A DNA stretch of 40,137 nucleotides from Escherichia phage vB_Eco_Mak: the sequence record OX001577; one strand, given 5' to 3'. The position numbers were made by a program, and so were the translations under genes. Each line of letters starts with the position of its first letter. The stretch's first letter is position 1. Below are positions 1 through 9,584 of this stretch, one piece after another. A model generated the notes under the pieces. That model ran no database searches and was not told the origin of the DNA. It saw nothing but the letters and a program-made list of their open reading frames with translations.

Positions 1-111
1 GATAATCAAGCAACACTGCTGGTCTTGTTGTACTACGCAACTGCAAATGTAGTCGGGACGATGAAACTGCTATCCCTAAAGTTCTTTAACAATCTGGTAT
101 AAAGCGCATGT

Positions 112-166
112 GTTGAGTTAGAAAGTGATTGACTCAAGGCTGCTGAATGTAGTAGCCTTTATGACA
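112..166 (+). promoter_or_regulatory. RNase III-type processing hairpin upstream of RNAP gene
   Basis: TCTTTAACAATCTGGTA...GTTGAGTTAGAAAGTGATTGACTCAAGGCTGCTGAATGTAGTAGCCTTTATGA resembles the remembered T7 R0.3 site; stem AAGGCTGCT/AGTAGCCTT. Confidence 0.5.
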
Positions 167-206
167 AGCATTTAATTTCAGCCACTATAAGATGGAGACA
201 ACAACA

Positions 207-2891
207 ATGATTAACTTTGATAACATTCAGCGTAATGACTTCTCTGATGTGAAGAACGCCATTATGCCATTCAACGTACTGGCTGATGCTTACGGTGAAT
301 ATCTGGCAGGTGAACAACTGCGCTTAGAGCATGAGTCCTACCAGATGGGCGAGGAACGTTTCATCAAGGCGTTCGAGTCTGCCTGTAAGCGCGGTGAACT
401 CGGTGATTCTCTGGTGGCTCGCCCGTTACTGGAAACCTTGGTTCCTGCACTGAGTGAAGCAACTAAAGCATTCTTAGCTCAAGGTGGTCGTGGTCGTCCG
501 CATGTGTCTAAGCAATACCTGAGCCGTATTGACACCGACCTTGCTGCCTTTATCACCATCAAAGTTGTGCTGATGTCCTTGGGTTCTCCTGCGACAGGCA
601 AAGTAAACAACCACGGTGCTGTAACTGGTGCTAACATGCAGTCAGTCTGTATGTCTATCTCCAAGGCTATCGAGGAGGAGTGCCGCTTCGGTCGCATTCG
701 TGAAGAAGAAGCACAGCATTTCAAGAATCGCGTTAAACCATCGCTGGATAAGCGCCAAGGTCTGCTGTACAAGCGTGAGTACATGAAGGCTGTTGAAGCT
801 GGCATGATTGCTAAAGGCGAGTTGGATAGTCACTTTGAGGAGTGGCCGCGCGATGAAGCATACCATGTTGGTGTCAAGATGTTGGAGCTGCTGATTGAAT
901 CAACTGGTCTGTGCGAGATTGTACGCAAGAACGCTGGTAATCCTAAGTTAGACCGCTACGAAGTGGAACTGACCGAAGAATACGCTGACAAGCTGACCTC
1001 TCGTGTGTCTGCCTTGGCTGGTATCTCACCTGTTAAGCAACCTTGTGTAGTACCACCTAAGCCTTGGACTGGTATCATCGGCGGTGGCTATTGGGCAAAA
1101 GGTCGCAAGCCTTTGCGTCTGATTCGTACCGGAACTAAACGCGCTCTGATGCGCTACAACGATGTGGATATGCCAGATGTGTACAAAGCTATCAACATCA
1201 TTCAGAACACCGCTTGGAAGGTCAATGCGGACGTGCTGAAGGTAGCTAACGAGATTGTCTACTGGAAGCATTGCCCTGTTGAAGACATCCCACAACTGGA
1301 CAAGCTGGATAAACCTGTACGTCCTGAAGGTATTGATGAAGATGAAGCCCTGCTGAAGAAGTGGAAGAAGAACGCTGCGACCATCTACCGCAAGGAGAAA
1401 GCCCGTCAGTCTCGCCGCTTGTCTCTTGACTTCATGATGGCACAAGCTAACAAGTTCGCTCAGTACGATGCCATTTGGTTCCCGTACACAATGGACTGGC
1501 GCGGTCGTGTATATGCTGAGCCAATGTTTAACCCACAAGGTAACGACCTGACCAAAGGTCTGTTAACTTTCGCTAACGGCTGTGAGCTGGGTTCTGAAGG
1601 TGCTTACTGGCTGGCGGTGCATGGCTCCAACTGTGCGGGTGTCGATAAAGTATCACTGGACGACCGCGTTAAGTGGGTGTACGAGAACGAAGAAAACATC
1701 TTGGCATCCGCTGAGAACCCATTAGACTGCACTTGGTGGGCGGAACAAGACTCCCCATTCTGCTTCTTAGCATTCTGCTTCGAGTGGGCAGGGTACGTTA
1801 AGTCTGGCCGTAGTGAAGGCTATGTGTCTCACCTGCCACTGGCATTCGATGGTACTTGCTCCGGTCTGCAACACTTCTCTGCAATGCTGCGTGATGAAGT
1901 TGGTGGTGCTGCTGTTAACCTGCTGCCTGCTGACAAACCACAAGACATCTACGGTATTGTTGCCCAGAAAGTAAACGTCCTGTTGGAGCGTGACCTGTTG
2001 AACGGCACCGAGGACAGCACCAAGATTGTTGTCGATAAGAAGACAGGTGAACAGATTGAGAAGTTTGTTCTGGGTACACGTAACGCTGCTAAACAATGGC
2101 TGCAACACGGTGTAAACCGTAGCGTAACCAAGCGTTCTGTGATGACTCTGGCATACGGTTCCAAGAAGTACGGCTTTGCCGAGCAAATCATGGAGGATAC
2201 TTTACGTCCTGCCATTGATAAAGGCGAAGGTAATCAGTTCACTGCACCTAACCAAGCTGCAATGTATCTGGCTGGTCTTATCTGGGACTGTGTATCAACT
2301 ACCGTAATCGCTGCGGTACAAGCTATGGAATGGTTGCAGAAGTCCGCTGCTCTGATTAGTTCAGAAGTGCGAGACAAGAAGACCAAGGAGCTGTTAAAGC
2401 CTGCTCTGCCTATTCACTGGACTACTCCTAACGGGTTCCCTGTTTGGTCAGAGTACATGATTCAGGAGGAGAAGCGCATTGAAGCGACTCTGTTTGGTGA
2501 ACTGCGTATCCGCAACACTATCAAGCTGCGTGATACCGCCAAGATTGACGCTCAAGCTCAGGCTTCTGGTATTGCACCTAACTTCATCCATAGCAACGAT
2601 GCGTCTCACCTGCAAATGACCGCTGTGTACTGCCACGATGTGTACGGGATTGTTGACTTTGCATTCATCCACGACTCATTCGGTTGTCACGCTGGTAAAG
2701 CTCACCTGCTGTTCAAAGGTGTGCGTGAGACAATGGTTAAGACTTACAGTGAACACGATGTAATCGCTGAGTTCTATGAGCAATTCGCTGAGCAACTGCA
2801 CGAGTCCCAACTGGACAAGATGCCAGCTCTTCCTGAGAAGGGTAACTTAGACCTGAACGAAATCCTGAAGTCACTGTACACTTTCAGTTAA
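207..2891 (+). CDS. T7-like single-subunit DNA-directed RNA polymerase
   Basis: ORF 192..2891 aligns along its full length with remembered T7 gp1 (e.g. PCVVPPKPWTGI, AIWFPY..MDWRGRVYA, WWAEQDSPFCFLAFCFE, LAFDGTCSGLQHFSAM, RSVTKRSVMTLAYGS, HESQLDKMPALP). The T7 alignment begins at MINFDN, so the second ATG (207) with GGAG 9 nt upstream is the likely start; 192 is the alternative. Confidence 0.95.
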   Translation: MINFDNIQRNDFSDVKNAIMPFNVLADAYGEYLAGEQLRLEHESYQMGEERFIKAFESACKRGELGDSLVARPLLETLVPALSEATKAFLAQGGRGRPHVSKQYLSRIDTDLAAFITIKVVLMSLGSPATGKVNNHGAVTGANMQSVCMSISKAIEEECRFGRIREEEAQHFKNRVKPSLDKRQGLLYKREYMKAVEAGMIAKGELDSHFEEWPRDEAYHVGVKMLELLIESTGLCEIVRKNAGNPKLDRYEVELTEEYADKLTSRVSALAGISPVKQPCVVPPKPWTGIIGGGYWAKGRKPLRLIRTGTKRALMRYNDVDMPDVYKAINIIQNTAWKVNADVLKVANEIVYWKHCPVEDIPQLDKLDKPVRPEGIDEDEALLKKWKKNAATIYRKEKARQSRRLSLDFMMAQANKFAQYDAIWFPYTMDWRGRVYAEPMFNPQGNDLTKGLLTFANGCELGSEGAYWLAVHGSNCAGVDKVSLDDRVKWVYENEENILASAENPLDCTWWAEQDSPFCFLAFCFEWAGYVKSGRSEGYVSHLPLAFDGTCSGLQHFSAMLRDEVGGAAVNLLPADKPQDIYGIVAQKVNVLLERDLLNGTEDSTKIVVDKKTGEQIEKFVLGTRNAAKQWLQHGVNRSVTKRSVMTLAYGSKKYGFAEQIMEDTLRPAIDKGEGNQFTAPNQAAMYLAGLIWDCVSTTVIAAVQAMEWLQKSAALISSEVRDKKTKELLKPALPIHWTTPNGFPVWSEYMIQEEKRIEATLFGELRIRNTIKLRDTAKIDAQAQASGIAPNFIHSNDASHLQMTAVYCHDVYGIVDFAFIHDSFGCHAGKAHLLFKGVRETMVKTYSEHDVIAEFYEQFAEQLHESQLDKMPALPEKGNLDLNEILKSLYTFS

Positions 2892-2913
2892 TAACACCCA
2901 CTATGGGACAGAC
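2888..2913 (+). promoter_or_regulatory. phage RNAP promoter-like element (variant)
   Basis: TAATAACACCCACTATGGGACA immediately after the RNAP stop; differs from the consensus near the start site (ATGGGA instead of ATTGGA). Followed by hairpin 2905..2928. Confidence 0.45.
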
Positions 2914-2955
2914 AATCCGGTTTGTCCCTAATTACTTAACATTTAGGAGGATAAA

Positions 2956-3453
2956 ATGGTTGACTTTTCTGCTGTTGCTGCTGTTGGTTGTGGTGTTCTG
3001 AGCATTGTGTCTTGCGTCCTGATGTCTAAGCGAAGCATGGACAAGGAAGACATGAAGGTACTGCGCGGCCAAGTCCATGAGTTGAACCAAAAGCTGAAGG
3101 CTGAAAAAGAGTACAACGAGTACATGAAGAAAGACTACAAGTCACGCGAGATTGACTGGATGGGCAAGGTCATTGATGAACAACGGGTAGCCAAGGTGCT
3201 GCGTGACGAGTTAGGTAAAGCACGTAAGCAACTGAACGAGAAGTTACAACCTGCTACTGTGCAGTGTGACGGGGTATCTATCCGCTTGGACTCCAAGACT
3301 TCAATGAACTTCTCGGTAGGAAAAGTGATTAAAGAACTGTCACTCTCTGTGCTCGGTAACACTGTGACGGTCACTGTAGTTAAACACAATGGAATTGTTA
3401 AATCACATACATTCCAGAACGTGAGCTATAGTTACCGACAAGCGCAGCAATAA
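2956..3453 (+). CDS. hypothetical protein; N-terminal hydrophobic helix followed by a charged coiled-coil-like region
   Basis: 165-aa ORF with strong RBS (TAGGAGGATAAAATG). N-terminus AVAAVGCGVLSIVSCVLM is hydrophobic, followed by a K/E-rich segment. No family recognised. Confidence 0.65.
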   Translation: MVDFSAVAAVGCGVLSIVSCVLMSKRSMDKEDMKVLRGQVHELNQKLKAEKEYNEYMKKDYKSREIDWMGKVIDEQRVAKVLRDELGKARKQLNEKLQPATVQCDGVSIRLDSKTSMNFSVGKVIKELSLSVLGNTVTVTVVKHNGIVKSHTFQNVSYSYRQAQQ

Positions 3454-3509
3454 CAATAACTTAGGGTAGTCTGTAATGGGCTACCCTTTTGTCGTTTGTT
3501 AATGCCACT

Positions 3510-3533
3510 AATTAACACCCACTATTGGAATAT
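3510..3533 (+). promoter_or_regulatory. phage RNAP promoter (consensus copy)
   Basis: AATTAACACCCACTATTGGAAT; consensus core. Confidence 0.6.
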
Positions 3534-3543
3534 AATGACAATA

Positions 3544-3573
3544 ACACTAAGTCTATAAACATTAAGTCTATAA
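3544..3573 (+). repeat. tandem 15-bp direct repeat (ACAYTAAGTCTATAA x2), with further copies nearby
   Basis: ACACTAAGTCTATAA then ACATTAAGTCTATAA in tandem; related AACATTAAGTCTAAA at 3633..3647 and AACATTAAGTCTATA at 38870..38884. Confidence 0.6.
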
Positions 3574-3612
3574 CTTATTGTCTATACATTTTGTCTTATT
3601 GTTATATTAATT

Positions 3613-3635
3613 ATTTAACACCCACTATTGGAAAC
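3613..3635 (+). promoter_or_regulatory. phage RNAP promoter
   Basis: ATTTAACACCCACTATTGGAAAC, about 30 nt upstream of the methyltransferase ATG. Confidence 0.6.
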
Positions 3636-3664
3636 ATTAAGTCTAAACACTAAGAGGAAACATT

Positions 3665-4390
3665 ATGTTAGGTGGAGCACCATTTCAGATTGTACAACCT
3701 AAAGAGCCAGTGAAGTTCGGTGGATTAGGTCACGCTAATGTAGGCATAAAGTCATTACCTAAAGACCGTGGTGTATCATGGTCTGACTTCTATAAGGGTC
3801 GCTTAGGTCAGTCCTATGTTAGTCATGTGTACAAGAACTATAAGGTACATATTGAAGCTATTCGCAGATACATCATTCAGCTATCGCTCAGTAAGAACAG
3901 CTCAATCAAACCACTACGTGTAGTCGAAGCTGGTTGTGGTATCGGGTCTATCACACTGAACCTTGCTGATATGTCAGACCATAAGACAGTTATCTGCTCA
4001 GGCTTTGATGTGTCAGAAGGACAAGTTGTTAACTCTCGTGAGAACGCATTGCTTAACAATGTGGGTGACAGAGTGTCCTTTCATAAAGGTGACATCTTTA
4101 ATAGTGACGTATATAAAGATGCCCACATCATTCACTCTCATGGTGTCTTAGAACACTTCAGTGACGATGACATTATGAAAATCCTATTGACACAACTCAG
4201 TTCTCCTAACGTTCGGTATGTCATTCACTATGTACCACTGGAAGGATGGAAGACTCCCTCTTATGGTGATGAACGCCTGTTACCGCTGACACATTGGGTC
4301 AATGAGTTCGCTCCTACCCGTACCGTTGCGTTCAACGATGGTAAAGACGCTGTGCTAATCTGGGACGTTGAGTCTTTACTTCGCAATTAA
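3665..4390 (+). CDS. class I SAM-dependent methyltransferase (substrate unknown)
   Basis: 241-aa ORF with RBS AAGAGG 7 nt upstream. Contains a Rossmann-fold motif I (VVEAGCGIGSITLNL), an acidic residue after beta2 (GFDVSEG), and FHKGDIF / HSHGVLEHF motifs typical of small-molecule or RNA methyltransferases. Lies in an apparently AT-richer block preceded by two promoter copies. Confidence 0.75.
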   Translation: MLGGAPFQIVQPKEPVKFGGLGHANVGIKSLPKDRGVSWSDFYKGRLGQSYVSHVYKNYKVHIEAIRRYIIQLSLSKNSSIKPLRVVEAGCGIGSITLNLADMSDHKTVICSGFDVSEGQVVNSRENALLNNVGDRVSFHKGDIFNSDVYKDAHIIHSHGVLEHFSDDDIMKILLTQLSSPNVRYVIHYVPLEGWKTPSYGDERLLPLTHWVNEFAPTRTVAFNDGKDAVLIWDVESLLRN

Positions 4391-4408
4391 CACCCACTAT
4401 TGGAGAAC
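4385..4408 (+). promoter_or_regulatory. phage RNAP promoter
   Basis: AATTAACACCCACTATTGGAGAAC overlapping the methyltransferase stop, upstream of ligase. Confidence 0.7.
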
Positions 4409-4488
4409 ATCGTGTATGAACACTGCTGATATTCTCGCTATCAACTCTATGTTTCAATCCTTATACAAATCCATTGGAGGTAATTCAA

Positions 4489-5460
4489 ATGTTTACAATC
4501 AATCCGGCAAAGCCAGTAGCGTACAAAGAGTCAGCGATTCAGAAAGCTCTGGACAAGTCCGGTTCCCTAATCGCAGACCGCAAGTACGATGGAGTCCGTT
4601 GCCACATCGTGATTAAACCCACGGCTGACATCAATGGTCGTCCTGCTGCCCGTGCGTACTTCCTGAGTCGTACTAACAAGATGATTGCTGCCTTGCGTAG
4701 TGCTTGGTTGAGTAACGAGGAGCAGCTAGCCTTGGGTCAATTCCTGCAAGAGTCACGCTGGCCTGAAGGCATTGTGCTGGACGGGGAGGCGATGGTTAAA
4801 GGTATGGACTTCAATGCTTCTTCAGGTCGCCTGCGGTCAGACGCTCAGTTACCACTAAGTCAATTGACCTATGTGCTGTACGGTGTGTTGCCTGCTTCTG
4901 AGTTGGAAGCATCCGAGACTGCTGACTTGAGTCTGTCCAATGTGATGATTCAGGTTATCTCTCAAGTCACCATCCATCAGCTAAAGGAACTGCTGAAACC
5001 TATTGACTGGCAACTGGCTGAGTCATGGGACGTGTACGACATGGAGCAAATCAATGAGCTGTTTGAAGAACAGTTATCATTAGGCCGTGAAGGTCTGGTA
5101 CTTAAAGACCCTATGGCACCGTGGAAGCGCGGAAAGAAAACCGGATGGTGGAAGGTGAAGAACGAAGACACCATTGACGGTAATGTAGTTGGCGTAGTGT
5201 GGGGAACTGAAGGCAAGGCCAATGAAGGCAAAGTGATTGGCTTCGAGGTCTTACTAGAGAATGGCGTTGTGGTGAATGCCTGTGGTCTGACTCAAGACCA
5301 GATGGTTCGATTCACTAGCAACATCAAGCTGAACCCTGATTACTACAAAGATTGGGCTGTTCAGGTCAAGTTCATGGAACGTACACCTGATGGTTCACTG
5401 CGTCACCCTAGCTTTGACTGCTGGCGTGGCATGGCTGGACACGAAACGGAGAAAATGTAA
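4489..5460 (+). CDS. ATP-dependent DNA ligase (T7 gp1.3-like)
   Basis: Adenylation motif KYDGVRC, and LDGE..VKG..FN..SGRLRS, EGLVLKDP..WKRGKK.GWWKVK, EGKVIGFEVLLENG, TPDGSLRHPSF all match remembered T7 ligase. The T7 alignment starts at MFTINPAK (ATG 4489, GGAGG 8 nt upstream); the track ORF begins at TTG 4474. Confidence 0.9.
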   Translation: MFTINPAKPVAYKESAIQKALDKSGSLIADRKYDGVRCHIVIKPTADINGRPAARAYFLSRTNKMIAALRSAWLSNEEQLALGQFLQESRWPEGIVLDGEAMVKGMDFNASSGRLRSDAQLPLSQLTYVLYGVLPASELEASETADLSLSNVMIQVISQVTIHQLKELLKPIDWQLAESWDVYDMEQINELFEEQLSLGREGLVLKDPMAPWKRGKKTGWWKVKNEDTIDGNVVGVVWGTEGKANEGKVIGFEVLLENGVVVNACGLTQDQMVRFTSNIKLNPDYYKDWAVQVKFMERTPDGSLRHPSFDCWRGMAGHETEKM

Positions 5461-5526
5461 TGACTGTAGCTGTTATGTTCTGGGTTGTAGTCGGGCTGAG
5501 TATTGCAGCCTATGCGTCTTCCCATT

Positions 5527-5550
5527 AATTATCACCCACTATTGGAGAAC
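5527..5550 (+). promoter_or_regulatory. phage RNAP promoter-like element (variant)
   Basis: AATTATCACCCACTATTGGAGAAC (one mismatch). Confidence 0.5.
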
Positions 5551-5553
5551 ATC

Positions 5554-5670
5554 ATGGTTTATTTCCTATTGTTCACTGCTTGGTGCATCCTGTGGGTCTG
5601 CTCACGAGACGAACACCGTTGCAAATACTGTGGCGCTCCTTACTCTGAGTGCTTCTGTAAACATTCCTAA
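5554..5670 (+). CDS. possible 38-aa Cys-rich micro-protein
   Basis: Read by hand: ATG 5554 to TAA 5668..5670, MVYFLLFTAWCILWVCSRDEHRCKYCGAPYSECFCKHS. It sits behind the same promoter-leader arrangement (CTATTGGAGAACATC-ATG) as the kinase gene downstream. Below the track's size cutoff. Confidence 0.3.
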   Translation: MVYFLLFTAWCILWVCSRDEHRCKYCGAPYSECFCKHS

Positions 5671-5692
5671 TTAACCACCACTATTGGAGAAC
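5669..5692 (+). promoter_or_regulatory. phage RNAP promoter-like element (variant)
   Basis: AATTAACCACCACTATTGGAGAAC, 7 nt before the dNMP kinase ATG. Confidence 0.5.
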
Positions 5693-5698
5693 ATCATT

Positions 5699-6439
5699 AT
5701 GATTCATGTACATCTGCCAACAATCATTGGTATCTGCGCTCATGCACCACGTTCAGGTAAAGACACTCTGGCTGACTACATCGAGCGAGAAGCTGAGACC
5801 AAGGGTCTGCGCTATTTCCGTATTGCCTTCGGTGACTTGCTGCGTGAGGTAGTATCAACACTGTTCGGTATGAACTCTCGTGACTACGTTATGGCTGCTC
5901 TGCTGGGTTCCATGAAAGACGTAGCTCATGGTCGGTACAGTATCCGTAACCTAGAGAACGAATCCCTTAAAGAGTTCCTGATTGGAACCTTGGGATTAGA
6001 CCCAGACGAACCACGTTCCCCACGTTTCTATATGCAGCGTGTAGGCAACGACTACGTTAAGGGTCACTTAGGTCTTGAGAGCATGTGGGTTGACGCTGTG
6101 GGTACACAGATTACCACTCGCCTGTTGTACGGTAACGCTCCTGACTTGGTGATTATCACAGATGTCCGCTCACCTAATGAGTTCGACTATGTGACTGAAT
6201 GTGGGTTCTCGGTTGAAGTTAAGACTCAGGGCTTCCCTGCCTTGACTCACTCTGCTAAACCTGACACCTCTCACCCTGTAGAGAATCACCGCTTTGACTG
6301 TGACTTTGTGTTCACCAATGTGTATGGTGACATGCAGTCCCTTCAGTATCAGCTCCGTGAGTCTGGTCTGATTGATGCAGTCATTGAGCGTAACGAGATA
6401 TTGAAGCAACGTGTATTTGAACAGGAGGATTACCAGTGA
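5699..6439 (+). CDS. P-loop deoxynucleoside monophosphate kinase (T4 gp1-like)
   Basis: N-terminal P-loop APRSGKDTLADYI resembles T4 dNMP kinase (SGVKRSGKDTTADFI); ITDVRSPNEFDYV resembles T4 VPDTRQDHE. ATG 5699 follows promoter copy 5669..5692, whose GGAGAAC doubles as RBS. Track ORF starts at TTG 5684. Confidence 0.65.
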   Translation: MIHVHLPTIIGICAHAPRSGKDTLADYIEREAETKGLRYFRIAFGDLLREVVSTLFGMNSRDYVMAALLGSMKDVAHGRYSIRNLENESLKEFLIGTLGLDPDEPRSPRFYMQRVGNDYVKGHLGLESMWVDAVGTQITTRLLYGNAPDLVIITDVRSPNEFDYVTECGFSVEVKTQGFPALTHSAKPDTSHPVENHRFDCDFVFTNVYGDMQSLQYQLRESGLIDAVIERNEILKQRVFEQEDYQ

Positions 6440-6603
6440 AGCGATTCGTTATCCATCTTGAACGTGAAGGTTCCAATGAGGAAGAACGCACTGTTATCTT
6501 GGCGCGTGACCTAGACCATGCACTAGACAAAGCTCACTCTTTGTACGGTGAGGACGTGGTAACTCGTGTCCGTCCTGAATTAACACCCACTATTGGAAAC
6601 TAA
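6436..6603 (+). CDS. possible small protein (55 aa, GTG start)
   Basis: GTG 6436 overlaps the kinase stop (GTGA) and has a strong RBS (AGGAGG 6 nt upstream). Reads VKRFVIHLEREGSNEEERTVILARDLDHALDKAHSLYGEDVVTRVRPELTPTIGN. Its last codons are encoded by promoter copy 6578..6600. Not in the ORF track (under 60 aa). Confidence 0.4.
   Translation: MKRFVIHLEREGSNEEERTVILARDLDHALDKAHSLYGEDVVTRVRPELTPTIGN
6578..6600 (+). promoter_or_regulatory. phage RNAP promoter
   Basis: AATTAACACCCACTATTGGAAAC, followed by RNase III hairpin 6611..6656. Confidence 0.7.
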
Positions 6604-6610
6604 ACTCTAA

Positions 6611-6656
6611 GATAAAACTCAAGGTCATTCGCACAGAGTGGCCTTTATGATTTATC
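6611..6656 (+). promoter_or_regulatory. RNase III-type processing hairpin
   Basis: GATAAAACTCAAGGTCATTCGCACAGAGTGGCCTTTATGATTTATC, with outer stem GATAAA/TTTATC and the conserved core CAAGGTC...GTGGCCTTTATGA seen in T7 R sites. Confidence 0.6.
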
Positions 6657-6687
6657 TTTGTTCAATAAACAACCAATGAGGTAAACA

Positions 6688-6873
6688 ATGCGTAACCCTG
6701 AAGTAGTAAAGATTAAATCAAACAAGGCTCGCCGTTCAGACGAGGAGATGGAACTCATTAATGAGCGTAAGTTCAAAGGTGAGGTACGCCGCAAGGTTCG
6801 TGCTGCTAAGCGTGAACGTACTCGTTTGTGGGCTGAAGGTGAATACGAAGGAGGTGACCGCTATGCGCACTGA
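6688..6873 (+). CDS. small basic protein, hypothetical
   Basis: 61-aa ORF with RBS GAGG 7 nt upstream, immediately after an RNase III-type hairpin. Lys/Arg-rich. Confidence 0.5.
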   Translation: MRNPEVVKIKSNKARRSDEEMELINERKFKGEVRRKVRAAKRERTRLWAEGEYEGGDRYAH

Positions 6874-7176
6874 TAAAGGTTATTCAAACTTGCGTTACTT
6901 CTCACGCCGTAAGGACGCTGGGATGATGGGTGTCTTTTATAATCATGTGCTGACACAAAAGCAGCAGAAGAATATTGAGACTATCCTGTTCAAATCTGGT
7001 GACGATGGTTACAATGCCATCAAGTTACCTAACGGTGAGATTCTATTTCATCGTGAGTTCCTTGAGGCAACATTCAAGAAGGCTGTGTCTGTGTACGCAA
7101 GCACTGTCGATATGTCCATTTCATCCAGTCTAGCATTCAAGGCATTAGGCGAAGTTCTTGAACTACGAGGTGCATA

Positions 7177-7177
<1 letters not shown>
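6863..7177 (+). CDS. hypothetical protein
   Basis: Track ORF 6761..7177; the internal ATG 6863 has a strong RBS (GGAGGTG, 6 nt spacer) and overlaps the upstream stop by 11 nt, so it is the likelier start (104 aa). Confidence 0.5.
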
Positions 7178-9074
<1,897 letters not shown>

Positions 9075-9257
9075 ATGAAAGGTGCTATTATCTTCTACAT
9101 TGTGATGACTCTGCTGGCTTGTGCTGGTTGGATTACCAACATCGTCAATGTAATTACAGGCTTCCACCATGAGGTCGGTATCCTGTTTGTTGCTCAGTGC
9201 TTTGGCATCGCCGCCTTCCCTCTTGGGTCTGTGCTGGGCATCGCCTCTTGGTTCTAA
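9075..9257 (+). CDS. small hydrophobic (membrane) protein, hypothetical
   Basis: 60-aa ORF starting 1 nt after the primase stop. Two hydrophobic stretches (IIFYIVMTLLACAGWI, ILFVAQCFGIAAFPLGSVLGIASWF). Confidence 0.45.
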   Translation: MKGAIIFYIVMTLLACAGWITNIVNVITGFHHEVGILFVAQCFGIAAFPLGSVLGIASWF

Positions 9258-9258
9258 C

Positions 9259-9282
9259 TAATTAACCCTGACTATTGGAAAC
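9259..9282 (+). promoter_or_regulatory. phage RNAP promoter-like element (divergent)
   Basis: TAATTAACCCTGACTATTGGAAAC; several mismatches to the consensus. Confidence 0.35.
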
Positions 9283-9302
9283 TAACATAAGGAGAATACA
9301 CT

Positions 9303-9578
9303 ATGTCTATCGTTGCTAAAGTTCTGCCCGCTGTTCTGCGCTTTGTTATTCGTGCTTCTGTTAAAGCTCTGACCTCTGAGGTTAACGGCTCTGAAGCCAA
9401 GCGTAAGGCAATCCAAAAGAAACACGATGCGAAAGAAGCAAAGCTGCACACTAAGATTGAGGAGCTGCGCAAGCAACGTGAAGCTATCCGGTCTGCTCGT
9501 ACCGAAGAAGTGTTTGCCAATACACGTAAGACACAGCAAGCACAAGACATGCTGGACAAACTGAGCAAGCTCGCCTAA
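9303..9578 (+). CDS. hypothetical Lys-rich helical protein
   Basis: 91-aa ORF with RBS AAGGAG. Preceded by a divergent promoter-like copy and followed by an RNase III-type hairpin. Confidence 0.6.
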   Translation: MSIVAKVLPAVLRFVIRASVKALTSEVNGSEAKRKAIQKKHDAKEAKLHTKIEELRKQREAIRSARTEEVFANTRKTQQAQDMLDKLSKLA

Positions 9579-9584
9579 CAGTGT

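Noticed and set aside
1-127. Interpreting the 127-bp end duplication as the biological direct terminal repeat
   Set aside because: It lies mid early-operon (between gp0.6-like and RNAP genes), whereas T7-like left-end sequence and repeat arrays are found near 39283. An assembly overlap is more parsimonious.
192-206. Upstream alternative start codons given by the ORF track (RNAP at 192, ligase at 4474, kinase at 5684, exonuclease at 14997, scaffold at 19091, dNK at 24451, holin at 36112)
   Set aside because: Homology with T7 proteins and RBS spacing favour downstream ATGs. Several upstream starts are TTG/GTG codons lying inside promoter or RBS sequences.
4368-4616. 82-aa ORF overlapping the methyltransferase-ligase junction, and similar overlapping + strand ORFs (3963..4151, 5390..5674, 12403..12792, 15139..15426)
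   Set aside because: They overlap better-supported genes in alternative frames, have no RBS and no recognisable motifs.
5460-5528. 22-aa ORF overlapping the ligase stop (MTVAVMFWVVVGLSIAAYASSH)
   Set aside because: Too short to support without conservation data; weak RBS context.
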